Source: TPA_inf: Saccharomyces (lineage: Eukaryota). Taken from it: DNA of 64,000 nucleotides. How positions within the stretch are numbered: position 1 is the first letter of the stretch; the number at the start of each line of letters is the position of its first letter. Position numbers and translations under genes: made by a program. The stretch spans positions 96,001 to 160,000 of the forward strand of contig BK006940.2 in NCBI GenBank assembly GCA_000146045.2, read 5' to 3'. The notes under the pieces were generated by a model. That model was not told the origin of the DNA, ran no database searches, and saw only the letters and a list, made by a program, of their open reading frames with translations. Positions 11,256 through 23,312 of this stretch are shown in pieces.

Positions 11256-11585
11256 ATGTCTGACGCAGGTAGAAAAGGATTCGGTGAAAAAGCTTCTGAA
11301 GCTTTGAAGCCAGACTCTCAAAAGTCATACGCTGAACAAGGTAAGGAATACATCACTGACAAGGCCGACAAGGTCGCTGGTAAGGTTCAACCAGAAGACA
11401 ACAAGGGTGTCTTCCAAGGTGTCCACGACTCTGCCGAAAAAGGCAAGGATAACGCTGAAGGTCAAGGTGAATCTTTGGCAGACCAAGCTAGAGATTACAT
11501 GGGAGCCGCCAAGTCCAAGTTGAACGATGCCGTCGAATATGTTTCCGGTCGTGTCCACGGTGAAGAAGACCCAACCAAGAAGTAA
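11256..11585 (+). CDS. HSP12: Small hydrophilic LEA-like membrane-stress protein, 109 aa.
   Basis: MSDAGRKGFGEKASEALKPDSQKSYAEQGKEYITDKADKVAGKVQPEDNKGVFQGVHD... is the exact HSP12 sequence. Confidence 0.97.
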   Translation: MSDAGRKGFGEKASEALKPDSQKSYAEQGKEYITDKADKVAGKVQPEDNKGVFQGVHDSAEKGKDNAEGQGESLADQARDYMGAAKSKLNDAVEYVSGRVHGEEDPTKK

Positions 11586-11851
11586 ATCTTTCGGAACTCT
11601 TTGTAGTTACATGGTTTTTTCTTTATGATGTGTGATGTTCCTTAATATTATATTCAATGAATAGCAGAGTAATAAAAAAATTCTAAAAAAAAAACGCTTA
11701 AATCGAGGTGGAATATATAAACTTAAGTACGCATATACTCTAGTTCAGTTTAAAAATTAGCTGTTTTTTTAAAAAAAAAAATTCTCTTTCTTTACAAAAT
11801 GTTCTTAAATGTATGTATGTGTGTGTGTGTGTGTGTGCGTATTGTTCTATT

Positions 11852-13930
11852 TCACTCCAGCTTAAACATGGCGGTTGCTTCTTCGTCATCAATTTCCGCG
11901 CGTTCGATTTTATTTAAAAGTACTTTCTTTGAAGCGCCGAGATTTTTCATGAAATCCGTCTCAAATCCAAGCAAATTATCTTTGAATTTCTTTCTCTTTT
12001 TACCGCGAATCCCAAGCACTGACGCTACGGGGATGTCTTCAAATTCATTGAATATCTTGATTAACCCAATATCGCGTCTTTTCAACCTGTTTGGCACCTG
12101 GGATTTTTTCAAATCGGCGAGAAACTCCTCTTGTGTCTTACCATTTTCTGACACATGCTTGTTCAGATCTAGCGATATTAGCTTGTCGACCTTGTTTACC
12201 GTAGCCGAACTATTGTATTTTTTCAATGGTGTTAGATTTAAATCGTTTTTGTCAATGATAGCAGCGGAGGTGATTTCTTCTTCTGTTTCTGTTGGTGCTG
12301 CTGGCGTTACTTTGGGCAGTTGTGGTGTGACTTTTTTCCTGTTCAATGTCATGGGTGAAGAAGATTCCAGTATGGGCGTAGGCGTCAAAAGTGATCTAGT
12401 CTCCTCTACAGTCTCCTCGCTCTTGTCATCTTCCCCTTCACCGTCCTCTTCACTCTTGTCACCACCGATACTGGGCTTTTTCACCTCTGTAACATTGGTA
12501 CGCTCGCGCTTCCTACCCTCCTCCATCTTACTCATGAATTCTCTTCTCTTGATGCGTTGGTTGGCTCCGAACTCTAATTCATCTTCAGGATCCGTGTCGT
12601 AACTGCGTTCCGTACACCTTAAAATGAACTTTCCAGCAGGTGCACCATCTTCCAATCCATTGAAAAATCTTACTGATTCTTCGACCTCCTCCTGGCTTAA
12701 GTTTGTCTCCAAATGAATATATAGCAGCCAAATCAATATGTTTGATCTATCCTTTGGCTCGTATTTCGAATAGTCCAGTATATCAAATAATGTTGTTGCA
12801 TAAGCTGCTTTTGATTCTTGTTTTTCATTTTCCGCTTCCGTTTCTTTTACTTCATTCTGTTCATCTACCATATCTTGCTCCTGAGCTTTCGATTCGACTT
12901 CCACATACTTGGAAAGAAACCTCTTGTCAATTAGGCCGGAATTATCACATATGCTAAACAACATATTAATAATGTTAAATTTGTTAACGGTGTCCACTTC
13001 ACCATCATTTTGGTCGACCTTTTTGTAAGTCTCCATCAATGAGAGTTGCTCATTGCCCCACGGCAGATTTTTCAGAATAGATTTCAGTCTAGGTGTATCC
13101 TGCAAAAGTTTCGGATCATTGGCATGTAATTGTAAAACTGGCACGGAGTGAAAAGTTCTCAATTGCGATGTCATTTCTAAATAAAAATTTATAGTGGTGT
13201 TCAACCTACCAATGTTGACCAATAACGCTAAAACACAAGTAGAAAATGCTACTTGTTGGTCTAATAATAGTTTATCTCTGAGAATTTTGGAACATTTGAT
13301 AGAAGTGGCTATTGTCAACACATACAATTGTGCGAACGTCAATTTATCGTTAAATACAAATGTCCTTGCATCGTACTCTTTGTCGGTCACGTTGATTGAT
13401 AATTTATCGCCATCGATATTAATGGGTACAATAGAGTTCTTGTATAGGGGTTTTAGAACATTAGTGAAGATTTGCCTCTTGTCCATCAACAGTTCTTGCA
13501 TGAAACTGAACTGAATGTCCTTTCTATTGAATGGCTCGCCGTCAGGTTTCTTCAAATGACGATTGTATTTACTGGCATTGCTTTCTTTGGGTTTCCTTCT
13601 AACAGTGTTAGTTGTCACTGGCCCCGTTGCCGTACTTGCTCCTGTTGCTTCAGGCACTGTAGAAGGTTCGAAGTTGAGCAAGATGTTGGTATTTTCTTCT
13701 TCACTTTGCGTGGAGTCATCATCATTTTTATCGTCGATTTCAATCTCGTGTATAACTGGAATGCTTTTTGTAGTCACAGTCTCGGTCTCTGATTGAATGG
13801 AGCTTGGGGATGCTTCTTCTTGTGATCCCGATTTTACAGATTGCATTGGAGAATCTGCTTTTGTTTCGTCAGAATTGTCTTCTCGTAGTTGGAAAGTATC
13901 ATGAATTGGATCGTATACTCTCTTCCCCAT
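11852..13930 (-). CDS. IES1: Subunit of the INO80 chromatin-remodelling complex, 692 aa, acidic and Ser-rich.
   Basis: A 692-aa ORF at the expected position between HSP12 and YFL012W. It has acidic, Ser/Thr-rich low-complexity N- and C-terminal regions. I recognise it by position and length rather than by a catalytic motif. Confidence 0.85.
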
Positions 13931-14646
13931 CTTTAATTAGAGTGTCGCCTTTATTTAGCTTTCGATTTTACTTAGTTAATCATGAACTGTTTCCAATACC
14001 ATATCAGCATTCATTGGGCGTTCTTTACTTACTTGTACCGTTACCGCATTCGAGGGTAACCTGTTTTTCGTTGTACACGATATGCTACAGAATTGTCTTA
14101 ATATGGGCTAAGAAAAAAAAAAGTCTGATTATTTCTGATACTGCAAAATATATACTGGCTTGGTTAAGAAAAGTGTTGCTTTAGTTCCTTTACATCAAGA
14201 GTCGTTAAATTGTTTTGTGTCATAACAGTAGTGGTCTTTTGAGACATCAATCGACTCTCAGGTTTTCCTTCTGTTCATCTTCTTGTTTTCGGTAAAGGTC
14301 AGCCAGCATATTTCAATTCTCTCTTTTTTGAAATAACATTATGTAATCTTTCAATCCTTTCTATCCAACGTCTGCTAAATAATTTATTCAAATGACATGT
14401 AGACCAGAAAATCGAACGTTGGATAATTTTTCATCCTGAATCATGTTGGTCTCAACTAGAGCAATTTTTTCACGTCCTCTGACACAAAACTCGATAAACT
14501 GTCGCATCAGTTTAAAAAAATATGTACGTGTATAATAACTGAATTTAAAAGGATAGTAAATAATTTTTGCATTTTATGGAATGTCAAAATACTAATAAGT
14601 CGCAAATATAGCTATCAAATACCATAATTTAGCTACTTATAGAAAG

Positions 14647-15093
14647 ATGCCCAAATCCCGACCAAAAAGGACCATTGCGTCTTCCTCGTCAGTTTTTTAT
14701 GGAAGTTCACCTTTCCAAAATGATGGCTACATCAAAGTAATGGAACTCGTATCACACATTGTCATTGAAATAAATCATTCACCTACCGCAACAACGGATG
14801 AAACGAGAAAGCAGAATAATCCGGAGCTGAAAGTGAAAGAACCAGTTTGTAACCTCAAGAAGTGGGAAAATAACACTAACTTTATATTGGAAGATCATAC
14901 GAAGAATAAAACAAAACTTTCTAGCACAGATAGGATACGTAAGTGGTTTAGAAGACATATATTAAAGGAAGAGATCGAAATCCTTTCCCATGGAAAACAA
15001 TTGAGTAGTATTGATGAGGATTATTGCCCTTCAAATGTTCTTGTAGGATGTTCAAGAGATCTAAATAAACTCAGATCATTTCAAAATTTTTAG
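14647..15093 (+). CDS. YFL012W: Uncharacterised 148-aa protein.
   Basis: The ORF length and position (between IES1 and HXT10) match YFL012W. It has no recognisable domain. Confidence 0.6.
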   Translation: MPKSRPKRTIASSSSVFYGSSPFQNDGYIKVMELVSHIVIEINHSPTATTDETRKQNNPELKVKEPVCNLKKWENNTNFILEDHTKNKTKLSSTDRIRKWFRRHILKEEIEILSHGKQLSSIDEDYCPSNVLVGCSRDLNKLRSFQNF

Positions 15094-16344
15094 GAATATA
15101 AAATTTCTCAGTAAGAAAAAGAAGATGAATGCGTTTATAGTATTTTAAGTTGTTCAATAGAATATCTTCAATATGTTCATATGTGGACTAAAAGAAGATT
15201 TTGGTATATGTCTATAAATTTATTGTTGGTAAACGCCATTAAGCAGCTTTCCAAGAATATGTTATCATTGAGGAGAAGTACGAAAACTGATTATGCACGA
15301 TTAGGAAAAATTCTGCAAGGAGTATTAAAAAATGGCCTTCGAGAAGAAATGAAATCTCTTTCGATGAGCAATGGTCTTATGGATAATTTGATAGACATAT
15401 GAAAAAGTCAAAAGTTTTTTTGGCCATATGCAGTAAAAACTTACCCTTCAAATTGCAAAACCATTAGTTTTATTATATTTTTTTTTTTTTCTTTCATTGA
15501 AGTATACACGAAATCCCATACGCAAATAAACAGTCGTTGTATCATCAATTTCGGCTGTCTGGATGGCGACTACGAGAGGAAGCTTGCTTGCCATGATAGG
15601 ACCAATCTCAATTTTTAATTTTTCATTAACTAGCTAATTTTCTATAATGCTCTAAGTTTCCTTTTTCGTTTTGTTTCTTTATAGTGATGATGCTGTTATT
15701 GTGACGCTATCAAATCATATACTGTCATCAATCCTCATCTCATCGGCTCCGGAACGCGTTGAATATGTTGTTAAACAAGCTCTTTATAGCTAGCTATAGT
15801 AGAAAAGGAAGGAAAGAAGTCTAATCGCTGTATTATCGACTGACAAGGGTTGTCAGTTGCCTTCTTTTATTTTTTGTACTCCCCTGAATCGAGCGGATGT
15901 ATTTTTTAACAAAGTATTCAGAATTGTTTTTGTATAATCAAAATTTGTCGACGCTAAGAAAATGACGGACGTCGTAATTCCGCTACTAGGTTTTGTGTGC
16001 TCATCGATATTTGACACCTATTTTCGACACTTTTAAGGTTATATACTTTGTTTCGGATGTGGGGTACACTCAGTTGACTGATTATGAAAGATATGGCGTA
16101 GCCGTTGGGTTAGGGTTATTACACAGAAATGAATTATACCAGTGAAATTATTCTCTTTATGTTTGTTCCTACATGTTTTCCAATCAGAAGGAATTGTTAT
16201 ATAAGGACACAAGAAATGTGTTGGTACGCTCTGCGCCTCAATGACGGTTTATCTATCTAAAACTATTTCTTTCTCGTAATAAAAATACAATAAATAATTA
16301 ATAATAATATAGTTGATCGATATAACAAAAAAATAACAGCGAGG

Positions 16345-17985
16345 ATGGTTAGTTCAAGTGTTTCCATTTTGGGGACTAGCGCCAAGGCATCCACTTCTCT
16401 AAGTAGAAAGGATGAAATTAAACTAACCCCTGAAACAAGGGAAGCTAGCTTGGACATTCCATACAAACCCATTATTGCATACTGGACGGTGATGGGTCTC
16501 TGTCTGATGATTGCCTTTGGTGGATTCATTTTTGGTTGGGATACAGGAACCATTTCAGGGTTTATTAACCAAACAGATTTCAAGAGAAGGTTTGGTGAGT
16601 TACAAAGGGACGGCAGTTTTCAACTATCAGATGTCAGGACAGGGCTAATTGTCGGTATCTTCAACATAGGTTGTGCTTTAGGTGGCCTAACGCTGGGACG
16701 CCTGGGCGATATTTATGGGCGTAAAATCGGCTTAATGTGTGTTATACTGGTGTATGTTGTTGGTATCGTGATCCAGATTGCTTCCTCTGACAAATGGTAT
16801 CAATATTTTATTGGTAGAATTGTTTCTGGAATGGGTGTTGGAGGTGTTGCTGTGCTGTCGCCAACTTTGATCTCAGAAATTTCCCCAAAGCACCTAAGAG
16901 GCACTTGTGTCTCTTTTTACCAGCTAATGATTACCCTTGGAATTTTCTTGGGCTACTGTACCAATTATGGTACAAAGAAATATTCAAATTCAATACAGTG
17001 GCGGGTTCCCTTGGGTTTGTGTTTTGCGTGGGCAATCTTTATGGTGATTGGAATGGTTATGGTTCCGGAATCGCCCAGATATTTAGTAGAAAAAGGTAAG
17101 TATGAAGAAGCTAGAAGGTCTTTGGCCAAATCAAACAAGGTCACAGTTACTGATCCAGGCGTTGTTTTTGAGTTTGATACTATAGTTGCAAATATGGAAT
17201 TAGAAAGGGCTGTTGGAAATGCCAGTTGGCACGAACTCTTCTCAAATAAAGGAGCAATTCTACCAAGGGTAATAATGGGAATCGTTATCCAGTCACTGCA
17301 ACAGCTTACTGGCTGTAATTATTTTTTCTACTACGGCACGACCATTTTCAATGCTGTTGGAATGCAAGACTCTTTCGAGACTTCCATTGTCCTTGGGGCT
17401 GTTAATTTTGCTTCTACATTTGTTGCACTATACATTGTGGATAAATTTGGGCGTCGAAAATGTTTATTGTGGGGGTCTGCCTCGATGGCAATTTGTTTCG
17501 TCATATTCGCCACCGTTGGCGTCACTAGATTATGGCCACAAGGGAAAGACCAACCTTCTTCGCAAAGTGCTGGTAATGTTATGATCGTTTTTACTTGTTT
17601 CTTCATTTTCTCTTTTGCCATTACTTGGGCTCCTATCGCCTATGTCATTGTGGCAGAAACTTATCCATTAAGAGTTAAAAATCGTGCCATGGCCATTGCG
17701 GTTGGTGCGAACTGGATGTGGGGTTTCTTGATTGGATTTTTCACACCCTTTATCACTAGATCCATAGGATTTTCTTATGGCTATGTTTTCATGGGTTGCT
17801 TAATCTTTTCGTACTTCTACGTTTTCTTCTTTGTTTGCGAAACAAAGGGATTAACTCTGGAGGAAGTTAATGAAATGTACGAAGAAAGAATAAAGCCATG
17901 GAAGTCCGGAGGTTGGATTCCCAGTTCTAGAAGAACACCACAACCAACAAGCAGTACACCATTAGTTATTGTTGATAGTAAATAA
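16345..17985 (+). CDS. HXT10: Hexose transporter of the major facilitator superfamily (sugar porter), 546 aa, 12 TM segments.
   Basis: Sugar-transporter signatures [23 protein letters not shown] and [14 protein letters not shown] (PETKG-type), with the HXT-family layout. Confidence 0.93.
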   Translation: MVSSSVSILGTSAKASTSLSRKDEIKLTPETREASLDIPYKPIIAYWTVMGLCLMIAFGGFIFGWDTGTISGFINQTDFKRRFGELQRDGSFQLSDVRTGLIVGIFNIGCALGGLTLGRLGDIYGRKIGLMCVILVYVVGIVIQIASSDKWYQYFIGRIVSGMGVGGVAVLSPTLISEISPKHLRGTCVSFYQLMITLGIFLGYCTNYGTKKYSNSIQWRVPLGLCFAWAIFMVIGMVMVPESPRYLVEKGKYEEARRSLAKSNKVTVTDPGVVFEFDTIVANMELERAVGNASWHELFSNKGAILPRVIMGIVIQSLQQLTGCNYFFYYGTTIFNAVGMQDSFETSIVLGAVNFASTFVALYIVDKFGRRKCLLWGSASMAICFVIFATVGVTRLWPQGKDQPSSQSAGNVMIVFTCFFIFSFAITWAPIAYVIVAETYPLRVKNRAMAIAVGANWMWGFLIGFFTPFITRSIGFSYGYVFMGCLIFSYFYVFFFVCETKGLTLEEVNEMYEERIKPWKSGGWIPSSRRTPQPTSSTPLVIVDSK

Positions 17986-18989
17986 TTTCTAAATATTCTT
18001 GTACTCTGGTAAACAGAAATAACAACAGATAATGGATTGATGCTTTACTTCTATTTCATGGAGATTGGTTTTATATAATAGCCTTTATTAATGGCGTCAC
18101 AAATTGAAAAAAAAATTAAAAAAAATAAGACGGACACATTTGCGACGCCGGTGAATAAATGCATATAAGTAGTTTATAAGCTAGCTACTACTCAGAAATA
18201 ATTTCAAAAAAAAAAAGAAGTGGGCACTTTAAAATGAAGATTAGCTATAGTAAATTACTGTAGTATAACAACTACCTGCTATCTTTCTGAAAAAATCAGG
18301 CAATGTAAGGTCAAACTTGTACCATCGACATATATAATGTTTTGAGATATAAGTAACTAGAGACCAGTTTATACAGGATCTTACCTCTTTTTACCGTTAT
18401 GAAAGCTTTATTACTGCGTTGTTAGTAAACACACATATTATTTTCGGGTAGTCCTGTCGATGTTCCAAGGCTTTGCATTTATCATTGTTTCCGCTTCATC
18501 GGTGGTATTAGTTAGTGTATCTGTATGTGAAGTATGTGGATAGGTGCTTCTATTATTGGAACAAAACACCTTAAACGCGCACTAGGTTATAGGAAAGGGT
18601 CCATTATTCAAAGAACGGCTTATTGAAAAGTATGTTGTAAAGCTCGGTCATATCGCGCATAGCCACGATAAGGCGTGGTGCTGCTTCATAGATTGAGAGG
18701 CGCAGTCAATACACAACCATACCGGTAGTTTGATAAATGATACTATCATTCCGGAAGCTCTCTAGTAAGCTGTAGGTGGCATATACGGTATCTATCATCT
18801 AGTAATAGCTATTGATTTTTTTCTCGACTATGCTATATGTGTTGTGATGGTTCACTTAGAAGTGAAAAAGTAGCAATAAATTAGACAGACAGAAGTAATT
18901 GAAGCTACATTCAACAACATGGCTAAGTAAAAAAGCGTAGAATATCATGATGGGTTTTTTTATCTTTTAATTGCTTTCTATGTAGTATA

Positions 18990-19274
18990 ATGGACCGATC
19001 TTTGCAAGTATATATCTGTATGTATCCATATTTAGATGGCAGCAAGCAATATAGATTTGATGAGCTTATATCATTTTATCGTCCTTGTCCAAAAAGTCTT
19101 GATAACATTAAAAGTCACTACCGTCAAATCCATCATCAAATCCGCCGTCGAACCCACCAGCATCATCAAATCCGCCGTCGGACCCACCAGCATCATCACC
19201 GTAGTAATTGTTCTCGACAACGACAGTGTCTGGTCCGTCATAGTTGTGGTCGTCAAATGCGTGTTCTAGCATAG
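18990..19274 (+). CDS. AUA1: 94-aa ORF antisense to the 3' end of WWM1. It is annotated as AUA1, but its reality as a coding gene is doubtful.
   Basis: It lies entirely within or overlapping WWM1 on the opposite strand. Its odd HHQIRRRTHQHH repeat is the reverse-frame image of the WWM1 tandem repeat. Confidence 0.35.
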   Translation: MDRSLQVYICMYPYLDGSKQYRFDELISFYRPCPKSLDNIKSHYRQIHHQIRRRTHQHHQIRRRTHQHHHRSNCSRQRQCLVRHSCGRQMRVLA

Positions 19275-19743
19275 CTCCACCTAACAAACCCGCACCAACA
19301 CCAAGTAAACCACCCATCATGGCACCGCCGTGTCCACTACCTTTACTGGTGCTTGGCGCAGTTCCATAGTATGCTTGCTGTGGTGCTGCTGCTGGCATAG
19401 GGGCTTGTTGAGGATAGTAACGCTGCTGTTGAGGGTATTGAGGGTACTGAGGCTGTTGAGGCTGATAGTAACGAGGTTGCTGTGCTTGGGCCCCTGCTTG
19501 CACTTGCGGTGTTGATTGAGAAGAATAAGGTGGAGGAGCCTGGTCTGCCTGTTGACGAGAACTCTTCTCATTGTTAACACCTGGTGGAGGACCTTTGGGT
19601 CTTGGCCATGTTGTTCCCCTTGGTGGTTCCCACTGAGAGCTGTTCGTAGATAAATCTACATAATACCAAGTCTGGTATTCATCATCAAAAACAGCCTTCC
19701 AGCCAGAAGGCACTTGAGGAGGATTACTTTTACTTTGAGCCAT
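19108..19743 (-). CDS. WWM1: WW-domain protein, 211 aa, with a Pro/Gln-rich middle region and a C-terminal GGFDD repeat.
   Basis: WW domain LPSGWKAVFDDEYQTWYYVDLSTNSSQWEPP, a PPPY motif, and the C-terminal run DDAGGSDGGFDDAGGFDGGFDDGFDGSDF. Confidence 0.9.
   Translation of the reverse strand: MAQSKSNPPQVPSGWKAVFDDEYQTWYYVDLSTNSSQWEPPRGTTWPRPKGPPPGVNNEKSSRQQADQAPPPYSSQSTPQVQAGAQAQQPRYYQPQQPQYPQYPQQQRYYPQQAPMPAAAPQQAYYGTAPSTSKGSGHGGAMMGGLLGVGAGLLGGAMLEHAFDDHNYDGPDTVVVENNYYGDDAGGSDGGFDDAGGFDGGFDDGFDGSDF
19131..19200. repeat. Tandem 30-bp repeat of about 2.3 copies (catcatcaaatccgccgtcg[a/g]acccaccag) in the WWM1 C-terminal coding region.
   Basis: Read directly. The copies at 19131-19160 and 19161-19190 differ by one base, and a partial third copy follows. 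Confidence 0.85.
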
Positions 19744-20144
19744 TACTTTAAAATGTTTTGGGTTTTTTTATCGACTCTCTTGTAGTGAGTGATAAAAGCA
19801 ATTCAGAAAGAGTCTTTTGATTATCATGACTAAAGTAAACTTTTTCTTCCAGCTGCCGGCTCGGTCAGGTGGACGAAACAAAAAAGCCTGTTGAAATAAT
19901 ACTGAATACGTTAAAACGTCACAGCGCTTGTATATCTTGTGAGAGAAAGGCTATTACCACTGTTATATGAATATAGATTGCTCAACAAAGCGTGTCTTTT
20001 TCTGTGTGCTTAAAATATAGTGTCTTTTTTGGGAAAAAAACGTTTATTTACAGTATTCTCTTCTTCTTCTCCTCATTCAACTTGTTGCGGTTCGAAGAAA
20101 ATTACGCATAAAGAATCAAAGAAAGGCAAAAATTACGCTGTACG

Positions 20145-22484
20145 ATGGGGTCGTTTCCCTTAGCTGAGTTTCCATTACGTGATATCCCTGTTCCTTATAG
20201 CTACCGTGTGTCTGGCGGTATAGCTTCCTCAGGTAGTGTTACTGCGCTTGTTACTGCCGCTGGCACTCATCGAAACTCGTCCACGGCTAAGACAGTTGAG
20301 ACAGAAGACGGCGAAGAAGATATCGATGAGTATCAGAGGAAAAGAGCAGCTGGTTCTGGCGAATCCACTCCTGAACGCAGTGATTTCAAAAGGGTAAAAC
20401 ATGATAATCACAAAACCCTCCATCCAGTTAACTTACAGAACACCGGTGCAGCGTCTGTGGATAATGACGGTCTGCACAATTTAACAGATATATCCAACGA
20501 TGCAGAAAAACTTTTGATGTCTGTGGATGATGGTTCTGCCGCACCTTCTACATTGAGTGTAAACATGGGAGTGGCATCTCATAATGTTGCTGCTCCCACT
20601 ACCGTCAATGCGGCAACAATAACTGGCAGTGATGTTAGTAACAATGTTAATAGTGCTACTATTAACAATCCTATGGAGGAAGGAGCGCTGCCGTTATCAC
20701 CCACTGCTTCCTCTCCAGGTACCACAACTCCTTTAGCTAAAACTACGAAAACTATCAACAACAATAATAATATCGCCGATTTGATAGAATCCAAAGATTC
20801 TATAATCTCCCCTGAATACCTTTCTGATGAGATTTTCAGCGCAATAAACAATAATCTCCCTCACGCATACTTCAAAAATTTATTATTTAGATTAGTTGCC
20901 AACATGGATAGGAGTGAACTATCCGACTTGGGGACTTTAATCAAGGATAATTTAAAGAGGGACCTAATAACGTCTTTGCCTTTTGAAATAAGTTTGAAAA
21001 TTTTCAATTATTTGCAATTCGAGGATATTATAAATTCCCTTGGGGTCTCCCAAAATTGGAACAAAATAATTAGAAAATCTACATCGTTGTGGAAAAAACT
21101 TCTGATATCGGAAAATTTTGTGAGCCCAAAGGGTTTTAATTCTCTCAATCTCAAACTCTCCCAAAAATACCCAAAACTCTCACAACAAGATCGCCTTAGA
21201 TTATCTTTTCTGGAGAATATATTCATTTTAAAAAATTGGTACAATCCCAAGTTTGTACCACAAAGGACCACGTTAAGAGGCCATATGACGAGTGTTATTA
21301 CGTGCTTGCAATTTGAAGATAATTATGTCATTACGGGGGCTGATGACAAAATGATCAGAGTTTATGATTCGATAAACAAGAAATTTCTTCTACAACTATC
21401 AGGTCATGATGGTGGGGTTTGGGCATTGAAGTATGCCCATGGCGGTATTTTAGTCAGCGGTTCTACAGACAGAACGGTGCGAGTTTGGGATATTAAGAAA
21501 GGTTGTTGTACCCATGTGTTTAAAGGTCATAACTCTACGGTGAGGTGCCTAGATATAGTAGAATATAAAAATATCAAGTACATTGTTACTGGTTCGAGAG
21601 ATAACACTTTGCACGTTTGGAAATTGCCCAAGGAGTCCTCCGTTCCTGATCATGGGGAAGAACATGATTATCCATTAGTCTTTCATACCCCTGAGGAGAA
21701 CCCATATTTTGTTGGTGTTTTAAGAGGACATATGGCATCTGTAAGAACTGTCTCAGGCCACGGTAATATTGTCGTTAGTGGCTCCTATGATAATACACTG
21801 ATTGTGTGGGATGTTGCGCAAATGAAATGTTTGTATATTTTAAGTGGACATACGGATCGTATTTATTCGACAATCTACGATCATGAAAGAAAAAGGTGCA
21901 TCTCTGCCAGTATGGATACCACTATTAGAATTTGGGATTTGGAAAATATATGGAATAATGGAGAATGTTCCTACGCAACAAATTCAGCATCGCCATGCGC
22001 CAAAATACTTGGTGCTATGTACACTTTGCAGGGTCATACAGCTTTGGTCGGTTTATTAAGATTATCCGACAAATTTTTGGTCAGTGCCGCTGCAGACGGT
22101 TCAATAAGGGGTTGGGACGCAAACGACTACTCTAGAAAATTTTCCTACCATCATACCAATTTGAGTGCAATTACCACATTTTATGTATCGGATAATATTT
22201 TGGTGAGTGGATCGGAAAATCAGTTCAACATCTATAATCTACGGAGTGGGAAATTGGTCCACGCAAATATTCTAAAAGATGCTGATCAGATTTGGTCGGT
22301 TAATTTTAAGGGCAAAACACTTGTTGCAGCAGTTGAAAAAGATGGACAGAGCTTTTTAGAAATTCTGGATTTCAGCAAAGCTTCAAAAATTAACTACGTT
22401 AGCAATCCCGTAAACTCCTCGTCGTCGTCTTTGGAATCCATTTCTACTTCTTTGGGTCTAACGAGGACAACTATAATACCATGA
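20145..22484 (+). CDS. CDC4: F-box/WD40 substrate receptor of SCF(Cdc4), 779 aa.
   Basis: F-box LPFEISLKIFNYLQFEDIINSLGVSQNWNKII, followed by a seven-to-eight-bladed WD40 domain (GHDGGVWALKY..., VWDIKKGCCTHVFKGHNSTVRCLD... and further blades). Confidence 0.96.
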   Translation: MGSFPLAEFPLRDIPVPYSYRVSGGIASSGSVTALVTAAGTHRNSSTAKTVETEDGEEDIDEYQRKRAAGSGESTPERSDFKRVKHDNHKTLHPVNLQNTGAASVDNDGLHNLTDISNDAEKLLMSVDDGSAAPSTLSVNMGVASHNVAAPTTVNAATITGSDVSNNVNSATINNPMEEGALPLSPTASSPGTTTPLAKTTKTINNNNNIADLIESKDSIISPEYLSDEIFSAINNNLPHAYFKNLLFRLVANMDRSELSDLGTLIKDNLKRDLITSLPFEISLKIFNYLQFEDIINSLGVSQNWNKIIRKSTSLWKKLLISENFVSPKGFNSLNLKLSQKYPKLSQQDRLRLSFLENIFILKNWYNPKFVPQRTTLRGHMTSVITCLQFEDNYVITGADDKMIRVYDSINKKFLLQLSGHDGGVWALKYAHGGILVSGSTDRTVRVWDIKKGCCTHVFKGHNSTVRCLDIVEYKNIKYIVTGSRDNTLHVWKLPKESSVPDHGEEHDYPLVFHTPEENPYFVGVLRGHMASVRTVSGHGNIVVSGSYDNTLIVWDVAQMKCLYILSGHTDRIYSTIYDHERKRCISASMDTTIRIWDLENIWNNGECSYATNSASPCAKILGAMYTLQGHTALVGLLRLSDKFLVSAAADGSIRGWDANDYSRKFSYHHTNLSAITTFYVSDNILVSGSENQFNIYNLRSGKLVHANILKDADQIWSVNFKGKTLVAAVEKDGQSFLEILDFSKASKINYVSNPVNSSSSSLESISTSLGLTRTTIIP

Positions 22485-22741
22485 CCTTTCCCAGAGAATA
22501 AGCATTGACTCATACTTAGATAATATAGCTTAATAAGTAGTTATATAATCAGTAAAAAAGTACAATAACAACTTCGTACATTTTATTGAATATAAACTGC
22601 AGCTAAACTGCTTGTATGTTCAATTTTAATTGTGTTTACAAAAAGGGTGCCGTTTATTAATTAATGTTTCTTCCCTGAAAATATGGAAAGTACAAGTTTT
22701 TAGTTGAGAAGGGTTTAAGAAAGTTTTGAAAATGATCTAAA

Positions 22742-22752
22742 AAAATATAAAA
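22742..22752 (-). promoter_or_regulatory. Perfect 11/11 match to the ARS consensus sequence (TTTTATATTTT on the minus strand) in the CDC4-SMC1 intergenic region. It is a candidate replication origin, possibly ARS603.5.
   Basis: aaaatataaaa matches WAAAYRTAAAW. A/T-rich stretches flank it (tttttaaataatatatt at 22855). My recollection that an ARS lies near chrVI:118.6 kb is uncertain. Confidence 0.35.
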
Positions 22753-23077
22753 GCAATCAAAGAAATAAAAGCTGGAAAAATGCGTAATAACCGAAGTGAC
22801 TAAAATTTCTTTACGCGCCAAATAAGAAATCGATGCTCTTGAAAGTAGCAACCATTTTTTAAATAATATATTCCTGATGGTTCTTGGCCCAAGAGTTTTC
22901 TTGAACTTTTAACGTTAAGAAGTTGATTCTGCTGATTTTTTTCAAGTTATCAAGCGTTATGTTTTGAAACATCTGTTCCGTTTTCAGTTTTTCAAAAAGA
23001 TCGATATTCTCTTGAGAATTAGGAAGTTCTACGCTCAACCTCCCGTGGGCAGAAGAAATACAAAAGCTAATACAATT

Positions 23078-23190
23078 GTGTTAGAATAAAGTTCTAATAT
23101 TATCTAATTAGTAGTATTCATGTTACTAGTATATTATCACATGATATTTCTCAAATTGGACAATGTAAATAATGAGTGTTTTTATGACAC
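23078..23190 (+). mobile_element. Truncated, degenerate delta LTR relic (the 5' ~100 bp of a Ty1/Ty2 LTR) in the SMC1 upstream region.
   Basis: tgtgttagaataaagttctaatattatctaattagtagtattcatgttactagtatattatcacatga versus tgttggaataaaaatcaactatcatctactaactagtatttacgttactagtatattatcatatacgg. The similarity decays after about 110 bp. Confidence 0.4.
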
Positions 23191-23306
23191 AATCTTTATC
23201 GTTAGATGTTTCAACGTTCCAAGGCTTGGTTCTATCGCTCTTCTCTTCAAATTGTAATCGTTTGTCATGATAAACACGTACGGGAAAAAAAAAAAAAGTA
23301 TCAATA

Positions 23307-23312
23307 ACGCGT
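23307..23312. promoter_or_regulatory. MluI cell-cycle box (MCB, ACGCGT) 117 bp upstream of the SMC1 ATG.
   Basis: ataACGCGTaaag read directly. SMC1 is a G1/S, MBF-regulated cohesin gene. Confidence 0.55.

Noticed and set aside
15181-15402. A 73-aa plus-strand ORF downstream of YFL012W.
   Set aside because: Short, with no motif, in an A/T-rich intergenic region. It may be a dubious annotated ORF, but the sequence offers no support.
16263-16583. A 106-aa minus-strand ORF overlapping the HXT10 start.
   Set aside because: It overlaps the promoter and N-terminus of a well-supported transporter gene. The translation is hydrophobic nonsense.
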